Positions 53,315 to 64,000 of a stretch of DNA of 64,000 nt are shown one piece after another (the stretch's first letter is position 1; the number at the start of each line of letters is the position of its first letter). This stretch comes from Lingula anatina (taxonomy: Eukaryota; Animalia; Brachiopoda). The stretch is taken from assembly GCA_051362555.1 (NCBI GenBank), contig CM120645.1, positions 18,166,001 through 18,230,000 on the forward strand, read 5' to 3'. The notes under the pieces were generated by a model. It was given only the letters and a program-made list of their open reading frames with translations, searched no databases and had not been told where the DNA came from. A program made the position numbers and the translations under genes.

Positions 53315-55776
53315 AACAAGGCAGCAAAGCTGTCAAATGTACAGACAAAAAGCTGGAAATAACTATGCACAAAATAGGCTACTGTCAATTCTGATGCAAA
53401 AGTACGGTAAAGTGCCATGAATTTCGAACGGCTCTTGAATTTCGAACGATCTTAAAATCGGCCGTCTGGAGTTTTTTCTGAGCCATGAATTTCGGCCAGT
53501 AAGCAATTTTGCGCGATCTTCATTTCGTGAATTTCGTACACCTTAAAATCGGCCACCGGGCTATTGTCGCGCTTATAAAGATCTAACAGTCGGCAATGTT
53601 TCCCTAGCGTACCTTTACCTGAGTACTACGTGTGCGGATCAGTACAGTTAGTTTAGGACGCTAAACAACATCGTCATATCCATTCATTCAGATAACAGGA
53701 GAATCTATTAAGAGTTGTACTGTCGGGCTGTTGTTTCTTTACCGCAGTATTCGGTGTGAGATAGCGATCGGTAGTTTTGCTGAGGCGCACAATAGCATTG
53801 TTAACAGTAGAGACTTCAGTAACAGAACAAAAGAGCAATATTAAGAGCTGCAATAACGATTACCATTATTGCTTTCTTGTCTCGCTCAGATCGTTCACGA
53901 TCTCCCGCTGACGATCTTCCGCTAATGAAGTCCCTTGAAATGTACAAATGAAATGAAAAATATTTTTAAAAATTATAAATTCCAATGGGGAGGGATGGAG
54001 GGTTAAAAACAATCGAGAACGATCTCCGGCTGACGATCTGCCGCAAACGAAAGCCACATTATGTTAAACTGCAAATTCAACATCAAATTTTAATTTTGCT
54101 CAACAGGTAATACTAATGTAGGTAAAATGTGTAACAAGTATAAGGCTTCAGGCCCATGGGAGTACAAGTTCACACTTTGAAAATGTATAACTTCCAGAAA
54201 AAGAAGCCAATTAGACTGCTTTTCCAACTCAGGCTGCATTTTAGTCCTGTATTTCTTTTTTGAAAGTTTGGCAATCATAAGTAACATGGTTTTCCCATAA
54301 TGGTCATCATGGCAGCAGCACCCAAAATTGTGTTTTCTTCTATTCTGATGCAATATTACATAATGGTTAACAGCATAATGACCGTCAATTTTTAATAATA
54401 AAACACACGTATCATGGATTTTCAGAAAATGTGACTAGCATGGGTCTTCAAGCCCGTGGAACTTCAAAGTCATACCTTGAAAATGCCAATATGTGAAAAA
54501 TTAAATTTTCACAAAAAAAAAATGTTAAACTGGCAGAAAGAATTACCAAACAGACTGCATTGCCTACTGAAGCTGTATTTTAGTCCCATGTTTCTTTCCT
54601 GTAAGATTGAGAACACTAAGTGACATGGTTTTTCTTAAATGGTCATCATGGGAGCAGTGCCCAAAATAGGTTTTTTTAAATTTTGATGCAATATAACATA
54701 ATGTTTAACAGCATAATGACCATCAATTTTTAATAATAAAATATTAGTATCATGGATTTTCAGAAAATGTGACTAGCAAAGGTCTTCAGGCCCATAGAAC
54801 TTCAAAGTCAAAACTTGAAAATGCCAAAATGTAAACAAGACAGCACTGTTCTGGAATGTTTTTTTTTTCCATTTTCAACAATTTTTAACATAAAACAAAA
54901 TTAACAGTTTACTGCCATTTTTATATGATCAACTAAGAAAATTGATGAGATGGGAAAAATATCAATAGAGCAGTGTTAAATGTCCAATTTCTTCCATTCT
55001 GAGATTCTGAACATAGTGAATGATTGAATCTGGCAAACTGCAATGATATGAGTTTATTTCCATTTTTGAAACTTTATTACACAATACACGATAACAAGTT
55101 TACCATCATTTTTTACAAAATCAACTAACAATGTTGTTAAGATGCAGGAAATGTCAAACAAACACTTTTACCTATCTTATTAATTAAATAATGAAACTGT
55201 TAACATGCCTAAGAATTGAATCTGAGGAAATGTGAAAAAACAGCATAACTTCTAAAATAATGGCCCGAATATGCTGATTTCTGAACTCAAACTGCGTTTT
55301 AGCAGGATTGACCACTCTTGTGAGTTTAATGAAAATTGGCCTATCTGTTTTTCTTATATTGTGTTTACAGTGTTGCATATATGCTGAAAAGTGAAAAAAA
55401 AAGCATAACTACTAAAATAGTGGCCCGATCATGCCAATTTTTGAACTTGACCTGCGTTTTAGTAAGATTGATTACTCCTGTGAGTTTCATGACAACAGGC
55501 CTATCGGTTTTCCTTGAAATGTGTTTACAGTGTTGCAGATATGCTGAAAGGTGAAAAAACAGCATAACTTCTACAATAATGACCCGATCATGCTGATTTT
55601 CGAACTTGACCTGCGTTTTATGAATATTCATCAGCTCTGTAAATATAAAGCCAAAAAGTAAAACTGCCCTCCACTTATCGTGTTTACAAGGAAAGTGCAA
55701 GGCACCGGCGATGGCATCGGCGACGACAGACACAGGTGATGGCAATATGTACAGACACATCAGTGTCTGTACATAA
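53315..55776 (-). mobile_element. Apparently complete HINE/DINE-1-like (Helentron-associated) element
   Basis: Minus strand: TTTTT, then subTIR/hairpin ATGTACAGACAC-TGAT-GTGTCTGTACAT, a short (GTC) tract, tandem ~125-bp subrepeats and core, then TGTCTGTACAT, hairpin CAGC-TTT-GCTG and CTTGTT. Confidence 0.75.
53404..54055. mobile_element. Truncated TA-inserted Tc1/pogo-like element inside the HINE
   Basis: Starts TA|CGGTAAAGTGCCATGAATTTCGAAC with repeated TGAATTTCG. Absent from the homologous copy at ~39890. Right TIR not found. Confidence 0.55.
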
Positions 55777-56450
55777 AAATGGTTTTGATGAACAGATTGG
55801 ATTCAAAATCAGACACGTCAAATTTATGACCACCTGTCCAAAGGCAACAACCAGAAAGATTTCATAAGTATGCCCATGGAGCATTTGTAACAAGCGGGTT
55901 ATGCAACTAACCTCTGATTACGACAATCACAGTGAATCAGACTTTTCCGATTTGGGTTCAGAGCATAACGTTTCAGATGCTGACAGTGAAGAATCTACTT
56001 GAATAAATTCACTTTGAGACTAAGAGTCCCTGTTTCAATATCGTTCTTGCCTGCAATTGGTTTAATCAGGTAATTTTCAAAAAAATTCAGGACTGGCTAC
56101 TTTTGGTCAGGGCTGGATACTTTTCAAGTTGCCAGCCCTGCTGTCCGGTGTGGCGTGATAGACCCGTGCCGTGACGAAACCGTTCTGCACATGCGCATTG
56201 AGGGTAGATTGAAAGAAGTAACTTCCGGTATGACGATGTCGTCCTAAGTAGGCGCTATGTTTGCACTGAACTATGATTTTCCAATTCATAATTCAGTGGT
56301 TTTCGTCATGAGAGAGTATGTATTTGATAATCTTATTACTACAGTATACGGGGGAATGTTGGAAATGAGCTTTTGATCGTGACTGAACTGTTTTGCTCTG
56401 TGTAAAAAACATGGCAGATCTAAGACTCGTAGTATAAATCTTTTCACTCT

Positions 56451-59132
56451 TGTAATAACCAGTCGGTGGTTATACACTTTCTTTGATTTCTTTTTCACCA
56501 ATAAGTCAACTGAGACAGGCAGGAATAGTTTTCTGTTACATGGTTTATTCAAGCGCCTGAAGACTCAGGTCTCTTCTACCGTATCTATAACTATCTCTCT
56601 CCCTCTCAGTCTGTAAGTCCTCTCAGTCTGTAAGTCTCTCCCTCTCTGTGGCTCAGTCACTGCCTTTATACTCTATCTTAATTTGCATTTCAAATTAGCT
56701 TTCATAACTGTCATGAAACATGCCATGCCTATGTACATTAACTTAATTGTAGATACATTTAAATTAAATCTTGATTTGCATTTTAAATGAACTTCTCTTA
56801 AACTGCCATGCAACATGTCATGTCTAAGTATATTTGAATAATTAAAACGTACAAATATATACATATCTGATGTAAGCAAATTTAGAAGACTCAGTTCTAA
56901 TTAACGGATCACTACACATATATCTCCCTTTTTTACCGAAAAAAATTAAGAAACTTAATTTTTTTTTTAAAACCTATTTCACTGACACTTATTTATACAC
57001 TGTAATTGATATTATGTTAAGCTATGATACAAGGTACATGAACATCTAATCAAATTTAACCAGGATTTAACATGTTCAACAATAAAAAAAAAAAAACAAT
57101 TTTAGCTTCACATAAGCATTTAAAGACTTAAAACATACTTTAGCTTTGCATAGTCATTCACACCCATTTAAGAATAAAAATATAAGAATGCTTTACACAT
57201 TTAACTTAAATCAAATCAAAACAATATTTAGTACACATTTAACAACACCAGCTCTAATCTTTCACAAAGGGTATGCATTAAAAAAAAAAAAAAAATCGGA
57301 TGCAAATAAAGGAAAATGTGACATACAATAATTAATGGAAAATTTTATGAATAACAGTCTTAGGGCAATTACAGTAACTAACCTTATTGAAAAAAAAATT
57401 CAGTGAGGTGAATCTCTCCATTTTCCTATACAATAATTAACAAAAACAAATAATTATGAAAATCTATACATGGACAACTTACTTATATCATAACAATACC
57501 TTATTTTGCAATGAGGTGGGTACCTCCATTTCTCTGTACCTTTCAGGTTAAGTTTTTCAGTTCTTTCTAACACATCAAGGAACTCATCTGTTTTCTTCCC
57601 TTGTTTTTCATTTCTGTCTTTATCCTTGTAATAAGCAAGTATATTCAAATTCACCATATCATTGTCCCTTTCCTCAGTACGCAGATCATTCTCTTCCTTC
57701 ACTTGTTCGTCATTTTCTTCATTGTCCTCATGGTAACACGCATTTTCAATCAGTTTGGCCTTATCATTGTCCATTTCTCCAACATGCAGTTTTTCCTTTT
57801 CCATTACTTGTTCATCATTTCTGTCATTTCCGGCATTGTCCTCATAGCATCTCTTTTGTTCAATCTTTTCTTTCACTTGTTCGTCATTTTCTTCGTTGTC
57901 CTCATGGTAACACACATTTTCAATCAGTTTGGTTTTATTGGTGGCCATTTTTTCAACACGCAGCATTTCAACATCGGGGGTTTTCATCATCTTATCACAG
58001 GGGAACTTCAACATCTCATCATCAGCGGACTTCAACAGTTCAGCATCACTGGGCGACGACCTCTCTTCATCAGGGAACTGCAACATTTCTGTATCTGGGG
58101 ACTTTAATACATCAGAATCACCACTGGTCATATGGGATTTCAAAATCTCAAATTCGGGAGATTTTGCTTTGTCAGGAACGTCACTGACCACACCATCGTT
58201 GCCTCCATCGGGGAGCTGCAACATCTCGGCACCAGGGAATTCTTCTTTTGCAGATTTGTCAGCAACGCTGCTGATCACAACCTCATTGCTCTGGATCCCC
58301 TCTCTAACTTCTTTCCCTATTGCTGTCTCTTCATCGCAGCTGTCATCACCCACTGTGGTTCTCTGCCCCACTTCCAGCTGAATGCTGCTTATTATTGCTT
58401 CGAAAGATAGTTCGTTTCTGTTGTCAAACTCTGTTGTTTCTTTTTTCATAACTTCCCACAGATTTGCAAGGGAATTTGACAATAAAAGTGCATCTTCTTT
58501 GCTAGTTTCCTGCGTCTTCAGAACACTACTGATTCCACCCAGACAATCTAACAGTCTGCTGTAGATGTCTGGGTCTTCATACTGGTCCTCATCTTCATAC
58601 AGCATCCTGACTATAAACTGCCTTTCTGTCTCAGCTGCTTAAGGTGAAACCTGGGAGCTCGCCATTTGTAATAACCAGTCGGTGGTTATACACTTTCTTT
58701 GATTTCTTTTTCACCAATAAGTCAACTGAGACAGGCAGGAATAGTTTTCTGTTACATGGTTTATTCAAGCGCCTGAAGACTCAGGTCTCTTCTACCGTAT
58801 CTATAACTATCTCTCTCCCTCTCAGTCTGTAAGTCCTCTCAGTCTGTAAGTCTCTCCCTCTCTGTGGCTCAGTCACTGCCTTTATACTCTATCTTAATTT
58901 GCATTTCAAATTAGCTTTCATAACTGTCATGAAACATGCCATGCCTATGTACATTAACTTAATTGTAGATACATTTAAATTAAATCTTGATTTGCATTTT
59001 AAATGAACTTCTCTTAAACTGCCATGCAACATGTCATGTCTAAGTATATTTGAATAATTAAAACGTACAAATATATACATATCTGATGTAAGCAAATTTA
59101 GAAGACTCAGTTCTAATTAACGGATCACTACA
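56451..59132 (-). mobile_element. Non-autonomous LTR retroelement (2682 bp) with 466-bp LTRs
   Basis: LTRs 56451-56916 and 58667-59132 (TG...CA), apparently identical; CTCT TSD. Minus-strand PBS TGGCGAGCTCCCAGG after the 5' LTR; polypurine tract AAAAAAGGGAGA before the 3' LTR. Confidence 0.93.
57454..58605 (-). CDS. Intact 383-aa acidic, internally repetitive protein of unknown function inside the LTR element
   Basis: Single long ORF starting ~40 bp after the PBS in element sense. E/D/K-rich, with a duplicated KLIEN.CYHEDNEENDEQVKE and repeated P(D/G).EML motifs. No CCHC, protease, RT or integrase motif seen. Confidence 0.7.
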   Translation of the reverse strand: MLYEDEDQYEDPDIYSRLLDCLGGISSVLKTQETSKEDALLLSNSLANLWEVMKKETTEFDNRNELSFEAIISSIQLEVGQRTTVGDDSCDEETAIGKEVREGIQSNEVVISSVADKSAKEEFPGAEMLQLPDGGNDGVVSDVPDKAKSPEFEILKSHMTSGDSDVLKSPDTEMLQFPDEERSSPSDAELLKSADDEMLKFPCDKMMKTPDVEMLRVEKMATNKTKLIENVCYHEDNEENDEQVKEKIEQKRCYEDNAGNDRNDEQVMEKEKLHVGEMDNDKAKLIENACYHEDNEENDEQVKEENDLRTEERDNDMVNLNILAYYKDKDRNEKQGKKTDEFLDVLERTEKLNLKGTEKWRYPPHCKIRYCYDISKLSMYRFS

Positions 59133-59809
59133 CTCTACAATGTTCTTTCAATTCAGAGTTCAGTCATTTTCATTAAAAAGAAATTGTGTATTTGATAATA
59201 CTACAACTTTCTCTACGGGGAAATGTTGGAAATGCATGTGCAGCTACGTACTGTAAGTCAATTGACTGCTACCCCCGCGTGAATAATCCGCCAGAACGGT
59301 TTATTCACGACGACGGTTTCTTCACGTGACACCGGTTTCAAATTTATACGAATTTCATACCCTGCAACTTGATGTCATTTTTTGTGCTTAATTTTTGGCT
59401 GAGATGTGGCAATTGTAGCAACGTACCCTAAATATCTGTCTTCTCCATCTTCTACTGACCTCTATGATCATTTGTCACCTGAATTACATAATAATGTACA
59501 GAATACCCTGTGGGAGCAGACAGCTAGCTCGCATGGCGGTTATTTAGGAAATTATTAGACTTGGCCTCGTTTTCAAAGAGGGGAGGGGGCGCAGCTCTAA
59601 GAGAAAATAGCCCAGAGACCGGTAAGTTGTAGAGGTGTTTATACAATGGCCTTTCGAGGTTTATACTAATAAACTTAACGAGACGATATAGTATATAATT
59701 ATGTAACATTTTATACACCAAAGGAATATCCGTGCATCGATTTCACTGAATGTTAGTTACTGGCGAGTAGCAAAATTGATACTAGAAGTTGTGAAAGATA
59801 CAACAATGT

Positions 59810-61114
59810 CAGACTTTACGAAAGGCCAAAAAATATGTCAGACATTCGGTCTGACAAGCTTGAAAATTCTGTCAGACTGAAACAAATCTGTCAGACCGAA
59901 GAAAAATAATAGAAATATGAACCATTATTCATGTTTTCATGTGTATTTTCTAACGTTTTAAATCATTGACATTAAATCAAATATTATTTTTTGATATATA
60001 TTTATTTGTAAAAAAGTAAAATAAGAAAGAAAAGAATAGGCAAAAAATTACTTGCATAACAAGTTGTTTTTTATTGAATGAAAAAGACGCTGTGGAATGA
60101 CACAAGGACTAAAAACAATACAAGTATGAAGAATGTGTAGCTAGTAATATCAAATGTATGTCCATAAAAACGTCTGTTAATCAGATAACCATTTCACACG
60201 TTGTTTTTGGCAATAACATATGCATTTTGAAACAGCACAGTAAGGCAGTCTCTTTCATCCAATTGAAGCTTTGACAGGGACTGTCCAGTCCGAGTCTAAG
60301 TCCTTTTTCATTTTATTTATTTTTTTTTTTTTATAAAAAGAAACTCAAACTGTGAGCTTTCATCAAGTTCATGTGCACTTTCTCCAACTCATGATGAACG
60401 GTACATGCAAATACGTACATATGTTCCATAATTTAAGAACCCGTAATAAAGCTGTAACAGTTATGTTGCTATTGATCAAAATGATAACTTTAGTACTCCT
60501 GACACTCGGCACACACTATTTTCCTCTCCTACAGATCACAAGTCCGCCAGGGCCTACCTTCTTTCCAATTTTATTAAACTTCCTTTTCTCTTCCACACTT
60601 CGTTTTCGTTTTTGCCACGCTTTACACCAACGAAGTGTTTAAAGTTCAACAACGTCATTTTCTAAGCAAAAGGCTTATCCATGAGTACTGTGTACGACTA
60701 ATAATGAAGAAACAGAGGATCAAGTCGGTAAAAACGCAAATAGCACGAGTACATGTGTTGCGGCCATTTTGTTGTGTAGGGTATTACGAAAACGAAAACG
60801 AGACTGTACATTACATCATTCAGGAATTCCCCAACCTCAGCCAGTCACAAAATAGTATTTGTGAGTGAAACTGAGGTTCATGAATTAAGTATAATTAGCT
60901 GGGAACTCCCCGAGATTTTCACACCGTCTCTCTTTTCGAATGAAGTAAAATATATCGTTCAGAAAAGAAACAACAACGTATTCCTTATATTTACACATTC
61001 CCAGTCAGTTTGAAAACTCGCCGGACATAAGGTCCGACGATACAGGATTTTTTATCGGACCGAGACGAAATTTGCCAGGCATGTCCGACGGTCCGACGCC
61101 TTTCGTAAAGTCTG
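59810..61114. mobile_element. hAT-like non-autonomous element
   Basis: Perfect 17-bp TIR CAGACTTTACGAAAGGC and subterminal TCAGAC/TCCGAC repeats; no clear 8-bp TSD. Confidence 0.65.
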
Positions 61115-61661
61115 TTCAACATTGTAAACTAACCATAGGCATGTTTTAAAATATATGAATCTTAAATTTGGCTTTAAACATGTTTACTTTTTGCCTGCGG
61201 GGTGTGGGGGTGTGTGCAAATGTATTGTATCAATTTTGAGGAAAAAAAACATAAGAATAAGTTTTATTGCGCCATTGGTTTGGCATTTTGAGTGGAATAG
61301 TGTCATAAAAATGGCAATACATAAACACAGATGAATAATATGTGTGTTTGCATGTCTTGTCAGTAAGTGATAGGCAAATAATCATTTAAGGGACTGTTGG
61401 TTTTGACCATTACGGAATTGTTTTTGCAAGCAAAACTTTGGTTTTTAGTCTGGTTAGGTGAACCAATCTGAGGATATGGCAGCTAGCATCTGTGTTTTGT
61501 TATCATACCTTTATTTTCCATTTGCGTATTGCAAATTTAAACATGGGGAAAACTTTGAAGGTGCTGAAGGTCCAGAGGGCCTGCACTTCATGTACCAGAA
61601 ATTAATCTACAGATCCTTATTCTGTGGAGGTCCTTCAGTCGTTTCTTACATATGATTAATT

Positions 61662-61713
61662 TCTCTCTCTCTCTCTTTCTCTTTCTCTCCTTTAGTCGAT
61701 GTTTACATATGAT

Positions 61714-61783
<70 letters not shown>
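61662..61783. repeat. (CT)n and (CA)n microsatellites
   Basis: Directly visible. Confidence 0.95.
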
Positions 61784-61786
<3 letters not shown>

Positions 61787-64000
61787 GCAAATGCATCACT
61801 TCTAAGTTAATTTGTGCCGGCCTTTAAAAGGAAATTACAGTTGTTTCACAAAAATAAAGAACATATAGTAAACACTCAATCTTTTTGATGGGCAAAAATT
61901 AACAAACATTCAGATACATCATTTCATAACTAAAATATTTATTCTTAATAGCATTTGTGGTGCTTTTACTGCATAGAATATAACTATATAGAAGTCAAGT
62001 ATGTTTATAATTTTGTTTGTACCATCCCACAGGAATGATCTGATTTTTAGAAATTATGACATTGAAAATACTGAATACAATATTTGTAAAAATCACAACT
62101 TTTTCATATAGAAAAGATCAAGTAAATGTAATTACTATATAATGGGAAGATGAAGATCATCTGTAAAACTCATCTTTTAAAATTTATAATTATTGTGCAT
62201 TAAATGAAACAGAACCTTCAATGATTAGGGCATGATAGTGGGTACATCACAATTTGTGGTGCCCCGACTTGCATGTTTTCTAACATTTTCAGGCCTTGAT
62301 TCAAATTGGGTTTTTAATTGAATGATGGGTGTGCAACTTTGCCCAAAGTTCAATTCCAGATAAACTTTGTTTATCAAAACTGTCATGAATTAAGTATAAA
62401 TAGTGCAGTTTAAGGTAAAGATTGATTGTAAATGGTGCTGTTTAAGTTTACTTATTACAAATATTGCAATTTATTATTATTAATTTCAGTGTGTATGTGT
62501 GTGAGCATGCAATAAATGTAGTTAGAAATTTTTTTAGAGATATTCTATTGAAAACTCTATTAATTTCTTCTAGGCTTGAATAGAAATAATTTTTTCCTTT
62601 GGCATGTACACTTTAGAATAACTGTACAGTACATGTATTAGTGTATAACTTGCCTGGGCAATTACCTAAAAATCCCTGAAAAATACTTGAATTAGAGCCT
62701 TAAAGGTCCTTGAAAGCCAATTGTTCTTATGTGTCTGTATGAATCCTTGCCAGTGAATTCTGTGATAGAGTTGTTGGAATGACTAAATAATATATATTGT
62801 AGTATTCAGTGGTACAGTACAGTTGTATGGGATTTTGAACCCTTTAAAACTGAACTCATGGTCAAGTATACATGAAAGAACTACTAGTAATTTTGCTATA
62901 AATAACTGCACACAGACACTCCATTGTAAAAGTTAAAGATATTAGCTTTTGCCTAACTTAGAGAATATGGGGAGATTATCATATTATATTATAATACACA
63001 ACTACTAATATATATAATGTATATGAACACAGTGATGTGGGAAGAGGTATAGTCACGCACCTAAAAATGTTATGCATATAATGCATATGCATATCAATTC
63101 CAGCATTATATTTCAAGTTAAATTTTTAATATTTTAATTTGTAGATGCAGCACAGTCCTTTGTGACTGTTAAAAAAAAGATGTTGAAGATACACCTAACT
63201 AATCATGCTTTGCCAAAGATCATGCAGGTGCAGGACAGGAAAGAGAGAGAAAAATGAAGATTACATTCATATGACCACTGATTTTATTTAAGTAGACAAT
63301 GTCTGAGATTTTGCCTGAAGGAAGAGACTTTATGTGATTTTATAGACTTACTAGTAACTTATCTACTTAATGACAGTTCTTTTGAATTTTAAACATCTTA
63401 CCTGATATTAATCAAGGGTTTCTGGATTTAAATTTAATTTGATAAAGTTTTTTTTTTAAAATTGAAATAATTGTGATTCTTGGATTGGGTGAAAAAACTG
63501 CCTTGACTCCAGGAATAAGGTGGAAAGTTCTTTCACAGGACTGGTAATAATTTTCTTGACATGAATCATTTAACAATTGTTTAAATTTAATATTATAATA
63601 TCTTTATAAAAAGTTTCTTTGAGATGTATTTTTGTATTATTTTTCCATTCACATCACATTATTTAGTTGGTTGAAGGTATTTGTTCAGTGTAATGTTATG
63701 AATTAATTAAACAGTTTAAAGTATATCACTAATCTTTTTGTTTCAACCACAACACAGGCAGACCAAGTCCTTTGAAGAATTCATCCATTAATCAGCTTGC
63801 TAATTTTTCAGTTATACCTTGCAGTCTGCAGATTTCAGATGCTTAAGATATTTCATCAGGACATTGATCTGCCTGTGCATCAGACATGTTATTACAGTGC
63901 CCTACTACGTATGTGATTCTGGATAAAATTATTTTGCCTTTGGTTCAATGATGTAAATCACTGTGCTTCTGGTTTTAGGTTGGGTCATTAATCATTGTGC

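Larger units (their letters stand above)
56149..59331. mobile_element. Ginger1-like MITE (~500 bp) hosting the LTR element
   Basis: TGT...ACA termini, CCGG TSD on both sides (typical of Ginger1), and an imperfect ~40-bp TIR ending AAACCGTTCTG. Confidence 0.7.

Noticed and set aside
57601-58564. Plus-strand ORFs of 168, 150, 92 and 60 aa
   Set aside because: Antisense shadows of the 383-aa ORF.
56673-59095. Two identical 68-aa ORFs
   Set aside because: They lie within the two LTR copies and have non-ATG starts; useful only as evidence of LTR identity.
38150-59760. Inverted homology between ~38150-38420 and ~59525-59760 as ends of a giant element
   Set aside because: The copies are diverged with no shared TSD; more simply two copies of a dispersed repeat in opposite orientation.

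Overview
AT-rich, repeat-dense genomic DNA from a metazoan, probably a marine invertebrate (inferred from the repeat types). It is not prokaryotic, and most short ORFs in the track are spurious. The left third holds one large minus-strand multi-exon gene (at least 14 exons, ATG near 19626, running off the left edge). It encodes a Bark beetle/Anakonda-like secreted or membrane protein: signal peptide, beta-helix repeats, SRCR, CUB, C-type lectin, tenascin-type EGFs and PSI. Its exons carry about 9 frame lesions, six of them single-base shortfalls in homopolymers, so this is either assembly error or a young pseudogene. Its introns hold a Kolobok-like element, an L2/CR1 LINE 3' end, a Polinton/Maverick packaging-ATPase fragment and a tandem Helentron-type (HINE) dimer. 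The remaining ~44 kb is nested transposons: a DD34E Tc1 inside a Kolobok MITE, a Ginger-like foldback inside a PIF/Harbinger MITE, a 4.4-kb TTAA element with convergent degenerate genes inside a HINE, and a young 2.7-kb LTR element (apparently identical LTRs, one intact orphan acidic ORF, no pol) inside a Ginger1-like MITE. There are also minisatellites and a palindromic 28-30-bp satellite that has formed a 173-bp higher-order repeat. All family calls come from motif and terminus recognition by eye, without database searches.
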